Shown: positions 29,100 through 38,517 of the stretch, piece after piece
Layout of the letters: every line of letters starts with the position of its first letter
Position numbering within the stretch: the stretch's first letter is position 1
Assembly (NCBI GenBank): GCA_020351995.1
Contig: CP070674.1
Location: 3,226,007 to 3,290,006, forward strand
DNA length: 64,000 nucleotides
Direction of reading: 5' to 3'
DNA from: Candidatus Zixiibacteriota bacterium
GTDB taxonomy: Bacteria > Zixibacteria > MSB-5A5 > GN15 > FEB-12
Notes under the pieces: model-generated
What the model was told of the DNA's origin: nothing
The model's database searches: none
What the model saw: only the letters and a program-made list of their open reading frames with translations
Translations under genes and position numbers: made by a program

Positions 29100-29128
29100 A
29101 TAATAACACAAGGAGGGCCGTTTGTCAA
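29100..29128 (-). promoter_or_regulatory. Sigma70 promoter for the three dockerin genes
   Basis: Minus strand TTGACA-N17-TATTAT with TG extended -10; implies an approximately 175-nt 5' leader. Confidence 0.7.
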
Positions 29129-29246
29129 CCCCTAACTCATTGTCTAGCAAGACGAAAAGGATTAAGTTTGGCCGGTTTTTGAAGACCTTATACGAGGCCG
29201 ACAGATTCCGGTTAAGACCCGCCAATCCGGTGCCGTTAATAGATAT

Positions 29247-30176
29247 ATGGAAATACGTCAAATTTCCGGTTATCACATCTTCGAGCAAATCGGTGAAGGC
29301 ATCAACGGGGTTGTTTACAAGGCCTGGGATAATCAGCAGCAGAGACCAGCTGCCATCAAGATTCTCAGGCAACCGCCGACCCCTGACCTTTTCCGCAACT
29401 ACCTGTCAACGGCAAAAGCCCTTATCCACGCCGATGATCCCAACCTGTGCCGCATATACGAAGTCGGTAAGACCGATAACGAAGCCTATATCATCATGGA
29501 GTTGGCTGAGGGAATCAGCCTGCGGGAGATCCTACTGAGGGCCAAGGACGTCGACTATGATTTCATCGACCTGGCTTTCAGAATAACACGGGGACTAAAG
29601 GCAATTCACGCCATGAAACTGGTCCACGGCAACCTGAAACCGTCCAATATCATGATCAGCAATGTCGGCGAGGTCAAGCTTCTGGACGCCGGCCTGTCGC
29701 GTTTCAAGAATTTTCAAACTGACCCGGAATTTGTGGCCCCCTACGAGCCTTATCACTATATCTCTCCGGAGCAAGTTCTCAACCAGCCCACTACGATCAA
29801 ATCGGATCTATTTTCACTGGGTGTTATACTCTACCAGTTGGCTTCCGGTGAGCAGCCTTTTACCGGAAAGAATGAGGACGAGCTTTGCGAGGCTATACTC
29901 AACCATGAGCCCGACTTCCCCGCACTTCGCGATCACGATATCCCCGGCGACCAGATCCTGCTTATCGAGAGACTCCTGGCCAAAGATCCGTCCGAACGTA
30001 TCACCTCAAGCGGAGAACTGCTCATCACCCTTAAGGAGATGCGCTCGTTTCACAAGGATTATGAGAAACTTCATAATTTCTTCAGGCCGACCCCCAGCCC
30101 GCGCACGTATCTTTCTATCGCCGTTCTGGTTGTCCTGCTTCTGATATTCTGGTGGGTGGTGACCACTTACCATTAG
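29247..30176 (+). CDS. Hanks-type Ser/Thr kinase-like protein, probable pseudokinase, C-terminal TM anchor
   Basis: IGEGINGVVYKA, AAIK, HGNLKPSN (HRD changed), DAG (DFG changed), YISPEQ, SDLFSLG. Confidence 0.85.
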   Translation: MEIRQISGYHIFEQIGEGINGVVYKAWDNQQQRPAAIKILRQPPTPDLFRNYLSTAKALIHADDPNLCRIYEVGKTDNEAYIIMELAEGISLREILLRAKDVDYDFIDLAFRITRGLKAIHAMKLVHGNLKPSNIMISNVGEVKLLDAGLSRFKNFQTDPEFVAPYEPYHYISPEQVLNQPTTIKSDLFSLGVILYQLASGEQPFTGKNEDELCEAILNHEPDFPALRDHDIPGDQILLIERLLAKDPSERITSSGELLITLKEMRSFHKDYEKLHNFFRPTPSPRTYLSIAVLVVLLLIFWWVVTTYH

Positions 30177-30290
30177 CCGTCCGCCAGACGGCCGCTTCCG
30201 ACACAAATATCTGTTTACTAATCGAGAGAAATACCTATCTTACAAGGTTGCCCGTAAAGGGGTGGATTCAGTTTTGGAGCCGCGCCAGAT

Positions 30291-32687
30291 ATGAAGATTA
30301 AACATAACACCGAAGTAATCGAGGTTAAGACCAGCTTACCGGTAATACCGCTGAGGGATGTTGTGGTATTCCCGCACATGATTTACCCTCTGCTCATCGG
30401 GCGGAATTTTACCATCCAGGCCCTGCAGCAGGCAATGAACAACGATAAGCAGGCCTTACTGGTGGCCCAGAAACAGGCCGACATAGACAGTCCCGAGTTT
30501 GACGAGTTGTACGAGGTCGGTATCGCGGCGAGAGTACTGCAGGTGATGAAAATGCCGAACGGGACTTTCAAGGTTCTGGTCGAGGGCCTGGTCCGGGCCA
30601 AGATTGAGTCGATTAAGAAGGTCAGCGGCCACTATCGAGCCGCGGTAGCCCTGATTGAGCCCGAGACCGGTCGTACCGATCGCGAGACCGAAGCCCTGTC
30701 GCGCTCGGTCACGGAGAAGTTCGCTGAATACGTAAAGCTCAACCGGAGAATACCGGAGGAGGTTCTGGTCTCACTGGCATCGCTTACCGACTATCAACAT
30801 CGAGCCGACACGATCGCGGCCCACATTCTTCATAAGATTGAAGTGAAGCAGCAGATACTGGAAGCTTTTTCTATCAAGGACCAGTTCCGAATCCTGTCGG
30901 ATGTTCTCAAGGAAGAGATAGAAATTCAGAAGATTGAGCATAAGATTGACGGAAGTGTACGCGATTCCATGTCGCGCAGTCAGCGCGAGTTCTATCTGCA
31001 ACAACAGTTGAAAGCGATCAAAGACGAACTGGGGCAGTTTGACGAACCCGGGGCCGAGGTCGATGACCTGTACGCGAAACTGGAAAGTTTCAATTATCCG
31101 GCCGCGGTAAAGGCCAAGGCCGAGGAAGAGATCAAGAAGCTCTCGAAGATGCATCCATACTCGGCGGAGTCGGGGGTGGTTCGGTCTTATCTCGAATGGC
31201 TTCTGGGGCTCCCGTGGAACCGCCCGACCAAGGATCAGGTGAATTTTAAGAAAGTACAGGCGATTCTCGACGGCGACCACTTTGGCCTGGAAAAACCCAA
31301 GACCCGTATTCTGGAGCATCTGGCCATTATTCGTTTGGCTGGTAAGGTGCGCGGTCCGATTCTCTGCCTGGTGGGCCCGCCCGGTGTGGGCAAAACCTCG
31401 GTTGGCCGTTCCATAGCCCGCGCCCTGGGCCGCAAGTTTGTCCGCATGTCGCTCGGCGGTGTGCACGACGAGGCCGAGATTCGCGGTCACCGCAGAACAT
31501 ACATAGGTGCCCTGCCCGGCCGCATTATTCAATCGATCAAGAAAGCCGGCTCATCGAACCCGGTCTTTTTGCTCGATGAAATCGACAAGGTCGGCAAGGA
31601 TTTTCGCGGCGACCCGGCTTCGGCTCTGTTAGAGGTGCTTGATCCGGAGCAGAATTTCAGTTTCACCGATAATTATCTCGAAGTCGAGTATGATCTTTCG
31701 GACACCCTTTTTATCACCACGGCCAATACTGTTCAGACCGTTCCCCCGGCCCTTCGTGACCGAATGGAAATCATCCGCCTGCCCGGTTACCTTGATTTCG
31801 AGAAAGCCGCTATCGCGCGCGATTTTCTGTTGCCGAAGCTTATTGAGGAACTCGGCTTGCAGAAGCTGGTAATTGAACTGAAGGATGACGCTTTAATGGA
31901 TATCATCCACAGTTACACCCGCGAGGCCGGGGTGCGTGAACTCGAGCGCCAGTTAGGCACCATGCTCAGGAAAAAGGCTGTGGAAATTGCCTCGGGCAAG
32001 AAGATCCGAAAGGTTACTTTAACCAGGAGCCTGGCCCGCAAGCTCCTCGGGGTCCCGAAATACATCGACACCAATGTCAAGTCCAGTCCCACCATAGGTT
32101 ACGCGGTCGGCCTGGCCTGGACCGAGATGGGTGGGGATGTCTTGCCGGTTGAGGTTCTGCTGATGAAAGGCAAGGCGAAGCTCACCCTGACCGGCTCACT
32201 GGGCGAAGTAATGCAGGAATCGGCGGTGGCTGCCCTGTCGTACATCCGCCGCAACGCGCCCCGGTTCGGCCTCAAAGACGATTTTTTCGAAGAACTGGAA
32301 ATGCACGTGCACATCCCGGAGGGAGCCGTACCGAAGGACGGTCCCTCGGCCGGCATAACCTTGCTTACCGCTCTCATATCTTCCCTGACGGGTATTGCCG
32401 TGCGGACGGATATCGCCATGACCGGTGAAACAACGTTGATCGGTGATGTTCTTCCAGTGGGTGGGCTGAATGAAAAATTACTGGCCGCCAAGCGCCTTGG
32501 TATAAATCAAATAATTCTGCCGGAAAAGAACCGCAAGGACATCGGTGAACTGCAGCCGGAGCTGCTGGAGGGACTTGATCTCCACTTCGTCCGTAGCGTG
32601 AAGGAGGTTCTAAATATGGCCATGGCCGAATCACCTTTCGTGAGGGCGAAGCGCAATCATCAGGTAAACTACGGCATTCGGGCGTAG
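30291..32687 (+). CDS. lon: ATP-dependent protease La
   Basis: LPVIPLRD, GPPGVGKTS, LLDEIDK, PKDGPSAG, Ser-Lys dyad. Confidence 0.98.
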   Translation: MKIKHNTEVIEVKTSLPVIPLRDVVVFPHMIYPLLIGRNFTIQALQQAMNNDKQALLVAQKQADIDSPEFDELYEVGIAARVLQVMKMPNGTFKVLVEGLVRAKIESIKKVSGHYRAAVALIEPETGRTDRETEALSRSVTEKFAEYVKLNRRIPEEVLVSLASLTDYQHRADTIAAHILHKIEVKQQILEAFSIKDQFRILSDVLKEEIEIQKIEHKIDGSVRDSMSRSQREFYLQQQLKAIKDELGQFDEPGAEVDDLYAKLESFNYPAAVKAKAEEEIKKLSKMHPYSAESGVVRSYLEWLLGLPWNRPTKDQVNFKKVQAILDGDHFGLEKPKTRILEHLAIIRLAGKVRGPILCLVGPPGVGKTSVGRSIARALGRKFVRMSLGGVHDEAEIRGHRRTYIGALPGRIIQSIKKAGSSNPVFLLDEIDKVGKDFRGDPASALLEVLDPEQNFSFTDNYLEVEYDLSDTLFITTANTVQTVPPALRDRMEIIRLPGYLDFEKAAIARDFLLPKLIEELGLQKLVIELKDDALMDIIHSYTREAGVRELERQLGTMLRKKAVEIASGKKIRKVTLTRSLARKLLGVPKYIDTNVKSSPTIGYAVGLAWTEMGGDVLPVEVLLMKGKAKLTLTGSLGEVMQESAVAALSYIRRNAPRFGLKDDFFEELEMHVHIPEGAVPKDGPSAGITLLTALISSLTGIAVRTDIAMTGETTLIGDVLPVGGLNEKLLAAKRLGINQIILPEKNRKDIGELQPELLEGLDLHFVRSVKEVLNMAMAESPFVRAKRNHQVNYGIRA

Positions 32688-32728
32688 CCCGGGCTTGGTA
32701 TCGTTTTGACAAAAGCAGGGACAAATAG

Positions 32729-33316
32729 TTGGTTGTGAAAGAACTCGATTGCCGATATATAGGCTCGTTCTACAAGTATGCCCAGCTCCCAAAAGATAAC
32801 CGTCCGCAGGTAGCTTTCGCCGGGCGGTCCAACGTGGGCAAATCATCGCTTTTGAACAAGCTTACGGGGCGGAAAAAACTGGCCAAAGTGTCCAACACGC
32901 CGGGCAAGACCCGATCGCTCAATTTCTATCTTGTCAACGATAGGTTCTATTTCGTAGACTTACCCGGCTATGGTTACGCCAGGGCATCGAAATCGGAACA
33001 ACGGGACTGGGCCAGGTTGATCGAGGACTACCTGGAGAACTCCGACCGCCTGGCCGGACTGGTGGTCTTGCTGGACTGCCGGCGCGAGATAACCGAGCAG
33101 GATGCCCAACTGTTTGAGTGGCTGGCCGCGAAGGAACTTCCCGGCATCGCCGTCGTTACCAAAGCGGACAAACTCCGAAGGGACAAGCTCAATCGCAAGG
33201 TCAGGGATGTCGAGACGGAAACGGGTTTTCCGGCCATACCGTTTTCGATCGTAACCGGCGCGGGCAAGAGAGAAGTACAGAGCGCCGTACTGGCGCTGGT
33301 AGAGAAATATCAATAA
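32729..33316 (+). CDS. engB: Ribosome-biogenesis GTPase YihA/YsxC
   Basis: GRSNVGKSS, PGKT, DLPGYG, TKADK; typical position after lon. Confidence 0.95.
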   Translation: MVVKELDCRYIGSFYKYAQLPKDNRPQVAFAGRSNVGKSSLLNKLTGRKKLAKVSNTPGKTRSLNFYLVNDRFYFVDLPGYGYARASKSEQRDWARLIEDYLENSDRLAGLVVLLDCRREITEQDAQLFEWLAAKELPGIAVVTKADKLRRDKLNRKVRDVETETGFPAIPFSIVTGAGKREVQSAVLALVEKYQ

Positions 33317-33335
33317 CCGGGTTGAGACATTTTAT

Positions 33336-34616
33336 ATGGGAAGAAACAAAATAATTCTGGGATGCCAGTGGGGAGACGAGGGCAAAGGTAAAATTGTCGA
33401 CCTGCTGGCCGAAAAAGCCGACATCACCGCTCGCTTTCAGGGGGGTGCTAACGCCGGACACACCATCTGTGTCGGGGATAAGAAATATATCCTGCACCTG
33501 ATACCGTCCGGCATTATCCATCCCGGTAAGGAGTGTGTCATCGGCAACGGGGTCGTTCTCGACCCGTTCGCGTTCAAAGAGGAGCTCGATTTTCTTGCTT
33601 CGCAGGGTATCGACTATAAGGATCGCCTCTGGGTGTCACCGGCCGCCAACCTGGTCCTGCCTTACCACAAGCTCATCGATGCCGTCGATGAAAAGAATCG
33701 CGGCACCGAAGGACTGGGAACAACAAAGCGAGGTATCGGTCCGGCTTATGTCGACAAGGTCGCCCGGGATGGTATCCGGGTAGCCGATATGTTCGCACCC
33801 GATCGTCTGAAGAAGAGACTTGAGTATCAGCATAAACTGAAAGGCAAATACCTGACCGGGTCGGATGACGAACGGGCCGACCTTGATCGAACCTACCACG
33901 AACTTCTCAAACTGGCGGAGATATTCAAACCGCTGGTCGTCGACATATCTATTTTCCTCAGCCAGGCATTCAAGGATGGCAAGTCTATCCTGTTCGAGGG
34001 GGCGCAGGGGTCGCTTCTGGATGTTGACCTCGGCACGTACCCGTTCGCGACCTCATCCAACACCACCATAGGCGGTGCCCTTACCGGGCTGGGTGTGTCA
34101 CATAAGATGATTGACGAGGTCGTCGGTGTGGTAAAGGCCTATACAACGAGGGTCGGAGCGGGACCCTTTCCGACCGAACTGGTTGATGATATCGGCGAAC
34201 AACTGCGCCACCACGGTGACGAATACGGAGCCAGCACCGGCCGACCGCGCCGTTGCGGGTGGCTTGATCTGGTCGTGCTGCGTAATTCGGTGCGGATTAA
34301 TGGCGTGGATTCGATCGCCATAACCAAGCTCGACGTACTCGACCAGCTTGACGAGATCAACGTTTGTACCGGTTACCGGCTCAACGGTAAAGAGATGACC
34401 GAAGTGCCGCTGGACCTGGCCGAGTTGAGCCATGTCAAGCCGACATACACCACTCTCAAGGGGTGGAAAACCGACACAACCGGAACAACGGAGTTCGCTT
34501 CACTGCCAAAGAACGCTCAGGACTATTTGAATTACATCGCCAAGGACCTGGGTGTTAGAATATGTCTGGTCTCGACCGGAGCCAAGCGAAGTGAGACCAT
34601 CTTTGTATCTACATAA
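33336..34616 (+). CDS. purA: Adenylosuccinate synthetase
   Basis: QWGDEGKGK, GGANAGHT, EGAQG, TGRPRRCGW. Confidence 0.98.
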   Translation: MGRNKIILGCQWGDEGKGKIVDLLAEKADITARFQGGANAGHTICVGDKKYILHLIPSGIIHPGKECVIGNGVVLDPFAFKEELDFLASQGIDYKDRLWVSPAANLVLPYHKLIDAVDEKNRGTEGLGTTKRGIGPAYVDKVARDGIRVADMFAPDRLKKRLEYQHKLKGKYLTGSDDERADLDRTYHELLKLAEIFKPLVVDISIFLSQAFKDGKSILFEGAQGSLLDVDLGTYPFATSSNTTIGGALTGLGVSHKMIDEVVGVVKAYTTRVGAGPFPTELVDDIGEQLRHHGDEYGASTGRPRRCGWLDLVVLRNSVRINGVDSIAITKLDVLDQLDEINVCTGYRLNGKEMTEVPLDLAELSHVKPTYTTLKGWKTDTTGTTEFASLPKNAQDYLNYIAKDLGVRICLVSTGAKRSETIFVST

Positions 34617-34628
34617 GGAGATTTTACA

Positions 34629-35120
34629 ATGAGAAGAGTGTTTATCGCTATCGTCGCACTGCTGATGATCACCGGGATTGCCCTCTCGGGCGACTCCACG
34701 AAGACCGAAACACCATCCAAGCCTGAGCAGAAAGCCGAAGCCACCACTGATTCAAGTGAGAAAGGCAAGAAGTTGGAGTTTGTAACCACTGAATCCGGAC
34801 TTAAGTACACCGACCTGGTTGTCGGTGAGGGCAAAGAAGCCACCAATGGTATGCAGGTGGAGTGCCACTATGCCCTGTGGCAGGCCGATGAAAAGGGTGA
34901 AAAAGGCAAGCTGGTCCAGAGCTCCAAAGATATGGGGAAGACATTTACGTTCAAGGTCGGTGATCCCGGTCTGGTAAAAGGATGGAATGAAGGTATGTTG
35001 GGCATGAAGGAGGGCGGCACCAGAAGGCTCATCCTCCCGCCGCATCTTGGTTGGGGGGACAGGCCACCCTCACAAGGTAAGAACGTTATTTTCGAGATCG
35101 AATATATCAAAGCTCTATAG
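34629..35120 (+). CDS. Exported FKBP-type peptidyl-prolyl isomerase
   Basis: Signal peptide; SGLKY.DL..GEG, GWNEG..GMK.GG.R.L..PP.LG.G, FEIE. Confidence 0.88.
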   Translation: MRRVFIAIVALLMITGIALSGDSTKTETPSKPEQKAEATTDSSEKGKKLEFVTTESGLKYTDLVVGEGKEATNGMQVECHYALWQADEKGEKGKLVQSSKDMGKTFTFKVGDPGLVKGWNEGMLGMKEGGTRRLILPPHLGWGDRPPSQGKNVIFEIEYIKAL

Positions 35121-35150
35121 TGGGCCTCGAACAGACGGTAGATTAATAAC

Positions 35151-35175
35151 AAAAGGCGCCCGACGGGCGCCTTTT
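35151..35175 (+). terminator. Intrinsic terminator of the lon-engB-purA-FKBP unit
   Basis: AAAAGGCGCCC-GAC-GGGCGCCTTTT followed by GTTTTT. Confidence 0.85.
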
Positions 35176-35345
35176 GTTTTAACTACAAAGAGGTATGAAG
35201 GCGTTTCTGATACACCTCTAAGTTATAAATCCCCAAGAGCCATATGTCATTTGAGTGTCAAATAATATGAAAAAAGCAAGAAAATTGTCCGGGGTCAAAT
35301 TATGTCTGTTAAGGCGCTTAGGGTCGGCTGTCATTCAAAAAAGGT

Positions 35346-35373
35346 TTGACAATCGGAGGCAAAATGGTATTTT
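35346..35373 (+). promoter_or_regulatory. Sigma70 promoter of tRNA-Lys
   Basis: TTGACA-N16-TATTTT with TGn extension. Confidence 0.7.
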
Positions 35374-35404
35374 AGCCTCGCATTGTGCTCAAATTGGGTA
35401 CTTT

Positions 35405-35476
35405 GGGGGTGTAGCTCAGTGGTAGAGCACCTGCCTTTTAAGCAGGGTGTCGATGGTTCGATCCCATCCACCCTCA
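35405..35476 (+). tRNA. tRNA-Lys (TTT), CCA not encoded
   Basis: Acceptor GGGGGTG/CACCCTC; D arm GCTC/GAGC; anticodon arm CCTGC-CTTTTAA-GCAGG; T arm GATGG-TTCGATC-CCATC. Confidence 0.97.
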
Positions 35477-35733
35477 TTTTTTTGGGCGGAAATCCATGAA
35501 AATAAAAAACTTCCAGCCACTCTCGAAGACCGGAAGTTAAATTAGTCGGTTGGGAACGAATTTTCTTGTCTTTCCAATTTCTTATACTCCAATTTTCAAG
35601 AATAGTTTTCAAAAACGTCCAATTTTGCGCCAAAAGTGTCCCCGGTTAATATCTTGCACATCGGGTCGATTATATTTTTATTGAACGAACGGCAATTCGA
35701 GATTTTACACAGACTCAATTTCCGGAGCGCGCG

Positions 35734-37131
35734 ATGGACTATAAGACAAGAACCAGAATCGCCAGAATCATCGTCGAGGACAAGGTCGAAGTCAACTCGG
35801 ATATAACCGTTCTGGGCCTGGTGCGAAGTATCCGCCGAAGCAAAGAGGTAGCTTTCGTGGATATCAACGATGGTTCCTGCATGAAGAATCTCCAGGCCGT
35901 ATTTTCTGAGCCGGATAAGTATCCTGCGCTCGAAAGGATCCTTACCGGTGCGTCGGTAAGAATCAAGGGGAAACTGGTGCCATCGCAAGGCAAGGGGCAG
36001 AAATACGAACTGGCCGCCGAATCGATTGACCTCGTGGGAGAGGCCGATGCTGCCTACCCACTCCAGAAGAAACGCCACAGTTTCGAATTCCTGCGCGATA
36101 TTGCCCACCTGAGACCGCGTACCAACACCTTCGGGGCAGTCAACCGTATTCGCTCCAAGCTATCGTACGCCATCCACAAGTATTACCAGGAAAGAGGCTT
36201 TTACTATATTCAGACACCGCTGATTACTACATCGGATGCGGAGGGAGCCGGGGAGCTGTTCAGGGTATCAACCCTGGACCTCGAAAACCTTCCCATAAAG
36301 GATGGTCAAGTCGATTGGGGCTCGGACTTCTTTGGCGATCAGGCCTTCCTGGCCGTGTCCGGGCAACTCGAAGGTGAGGCCTTAGCCATAGCTCTGGGAG
36401 ATATTTATACTTTCGGGCCAACCTTCCGCGCCGAAAACTCCAACACCAGCCGCCATGCCTCGGAGTTCTGGATGATTGAGCCGGAGATGGCCTGGGCCGA
36501 ACAGGAAGACAACTGGGACCTGGCTGAGGATTTTCTGAAGTATCTTTTTCGTTATGCGCTCGAAGACTGCGCCGACGAAATGGAGTTTTTCGGCCAGTGG
36601 ATAGACAAGGAGGTCCGACAGACACTCGAGTCGGTCATCCGCGCTGACTTCGAACGCATCTCCTATACCGAGGCGATAAAGATTCTCGAAGCGTCGGGCG
36701 AGAAATTTGAATACCCCGTTAAGTGGGGTGTGAACCTTCAATCAGAGCACGAGCGATATATCACCGAGAAAGCGCTCAAGAAACCCGCCATCGTCTACGA
36801 CTACCCGGAAGAGATCAAGGCCTTCTACATGTACGTCAATGACGACGGCAAGACGGTTCGCGGTATGGACGTACTGGTTCCTCGAGTCGGCGAGATTATC
36901 GGTGGCAGCCAGCGCGAGCATCGTCTGGACATCCTCATGGAGCGGATCAAGAAGATGAACCCTGACAATATGGATTCTTACGCCTGGTATCTTGATTTGC
37001 GCCGCTGGGGCACTTTGCCCCACGCCGGTTTCGGGCTTGGTTTCGATCGTGCCATTATGTACATAACCGGTATGGCCAATATCCGCGATATAGCCACTTT
37101 CCCCCGCGTGCCCGGCTGGGCCAAGTTTTAG
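35734..37131 (+). CDS. asnS: Asparagine--tRNA ligase
   Basis: OB-fold N-terminus (INDGS), [33 protein letters not shown]. Confidence 0.96.
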   Translation: MDYKTRTRIARIIVEDKVEVNSDITVLGLVRSIRRSKEVAFVDINDGSCMKNLQAVFSEPDKYPALERILTGASVRIKGKLVPSQGKGQKYELAAESIDLVGEADAAYPLQKKRHSFEFLRDIAHLRPRTNTFGAVNRIRSKLSYAIHKYYQERGFYYIQTPLITTSDAEGAGELFRVSTLDLENLPIKDGQVDWGSDFFGDQAFLAVSGQLEGEALAIALGDIYTFGPTFRAENSNTSRHASEFWMIEPEMAWAEQEDNWDLAEDFLKYLFRYALEDCADEMEFFGQWIDKEVRQTLESVIRADFERISYTEAIKILEASGEKFEYPVKWGVNLQSEHERYITEKALKKPAIVYDYPEEIKAFYMYVNDDGKTVRGMDVLVPRVGEIIGGSQREHRLDILMERIKKMNPDNMDSYAWYLDLRRWGTLPHAGFGLGFDRAIMYITGMANIRDIATFPRVPGWAKF

Positions 37132-37155
37132 GACCCCGCATCTCCAGATTTGATG

Positions 37156-37195
37156 AAAAAAAAGCCCCGCACCGGGGGAGGGGAACGGCGCGGGG
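37156..37195 (-). terminator. Minus-strand intrinsic terminator with no annotated minus-strand gene
   Basis: On minus: CCCCGCGCCG-TTCCCCTCCCC-CGGTGCGGGG then C-T8. The stem mismatch is G-U only on the minus strand. Confidence 0.65.
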
Positions 37196-37300
37196 TGATC
37201 AAGACGTCACTGATGATAGATCATGTGCTCATTGATCCGGACGTCCTGTACTTATTTTTCTAGCCCAAACGTACGTGGCTAAGATATAGTTCGGTAATCT
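37156..37300 (-). ncRNA. Candidate small RNA (about 145 nt)
   Basis: Minus-strand TTGATT-N17-TAATAT at 37335-37307; stem CAGGACGTC/GACGTCTTG; terminator with C-rich loop. Confidence 0.4.
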
Positions 37301-37442
37301 CAAAACATATTAAAAAAGTTGAATCGAAAAATCAAGACTAAATCACACCTGAAACCAATTTTCATACGCGTTCTCCCACAACAATCGTGTCGGCATCATC
37401 TCAGGTAGCACAATCCCACCGTCGATGGTAAAGGCTACTTTC

Positions 37443-37474
37443 CTGAATCGTTTTATACTATATTTCTATCTAAT
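37443..37474 (+). promoter_or_regulatory. Bipartite motif copy 1 (candidate ECF promoter or operator)
   Basis: CTGAATC-gTTTT-N12-TATCTAAT, shared with 38451-38481. Confidence 0.5.
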
Positions 37475-38075
37475 GAATGAAAGCGAACTGATAAAGAAAG
37501 CTCAGGCGGGGGATTTCGAGGCCTTTTCGGCTCTCGTAAATGCCAGTAAAAACAAGATTTACGCTCTCGCTTTGAAAATGACGGCAAACCCTCAAGATGC
37601 TGAGGATATCGTGCAGGATACGTTCTTGAAAGCCATTGACAATATCGAGCAGTTTCGCGGTGAATCGGCTTTCGGGACCTGGCTGTATTCTATAGCACTA
37701 AACCAGGCCAGGGCGCATTTGGCCAAACAGAAACAGACCGACCTCAAGCCTATTGAGGACTATCTTCCCGCCCGCTCCGCCGAGGAACTTCACAGGGAGG
37801 GTGTGGTCCACCTGTTTGACTGGAAAGACCCGCACCAGAAACTGGAAGACGAGCAGCTGAGGACGATAATAGACAACGCCATTGCCGAACTTCCGGCGAA
37901 ATACCGGGAAGCTTTCCTGCTGCGATATATTGAGGAACTGTCGATTAAGGAGATCTCCAAAATCATAAACGAATCAGTAGCATCGACCAAATCACGGGTA
38001 CTTCGAGCCCGTCTCGCCCTTAGAGACCACATATCGAAGGCCCTGGAGGATAAATATGGGACGGAAGTGTCTTGA
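37473..38075 (+). CDS. ECF RNA polymerase sigma factor
   Basis: DAEDIVQDTFLKA, FRGESAFGTWLYSIALN (region 2); LSIKEIS...STKSRVLRAR (region 4). Start could be 37425. Confidence 0.95.
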   Translation: MNESELIKKAQAGDFEAFSALVNASKNKIYALALKMTANPQDAEDIVQDTFLKAIDNIEQFRGESAFGTWLYSIALNQARAHLAKQKQTDLKPIEDYLPARSAEELHREGVVHLFDWKDPHQKLEDEQLRTIIDNAIAELPAKYREAFLLRYIEELSIKEISKIINESVASTKSRVLRARLALRDHISKALEDKYGTEVS

Positions 38076-38304
38076 TTATATAAACGATCTCAATGATTAT
38101 CTCGACGGCGAACTGGACCCTTCGCTGTGCGAGGAGATCGAGAAGCACATAGGTCATTGTGAGAACTGTCGTATCATGGTCGATACGATGAAACAGACCG
38201 TCACTCTCTGCCGGGAAGGCAAACCGGAGAAACTGCCGGCGGCACTTGAGGATAAGCTCGGCGGCATATTGAAAGCCCGCTGGGAAAAGAAGTTCGGCAA
38301 ATAA
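38056..38304 (+). CDS. Soluble zinc-finger (zf-HC2/ZAS) anti-sigma factor
   Basis: YLDGEL...HIGHCENC (Hx3Cx2C); overlaps the sigma stop; no TM. Confidence 0.9.
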   Translation: MGRKCLDYINDLNDYLDGELDPSLCEEIEKHIGHCENCRIMVDTMKQTVTLCREGKPEKLPAALEDKLGGILKARWEKKFGK

Positions 38305-38450
38305 CCTATCGGGCTGTAGTATATAGATTATGCTGGCCCACTTTCCCCATTAATACTCCACCAAGCCCCACTTTTTAGCTACACTTAAGGCATTACGGGA
38401 AAACGGCTTACGGTCGACTCGCGCCCGAGTGGCGGATAGTCGGTTTTTTT

Positions 38451-38481
38451 CTGAATCATTTTGAGACCCGGCGTATCTAAT
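38451..38481 (+). promoter_or_regulatory. Bipartite motif copy 2 (candidate ECF promoter of the MMPL operon)
   Basis: CTGAATC-aTTTT-N11-TATCTAAT, 36 nt before the ATG at 38518 and just after a hairpin/T7 tract. Confidence 0.55.
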
Positions 38482-38517
38482 AGGCTAAAGTCACGAAAAT
38501 TGAAAGGATTTAGCCCG

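Noticed and set aside
23264-35476. Genomic island or prophage integrated at either tRNA
   Set aside because: No integrase, no duplicated tRNA 3' end (att site) found, and the flanks are housekeeping genes.
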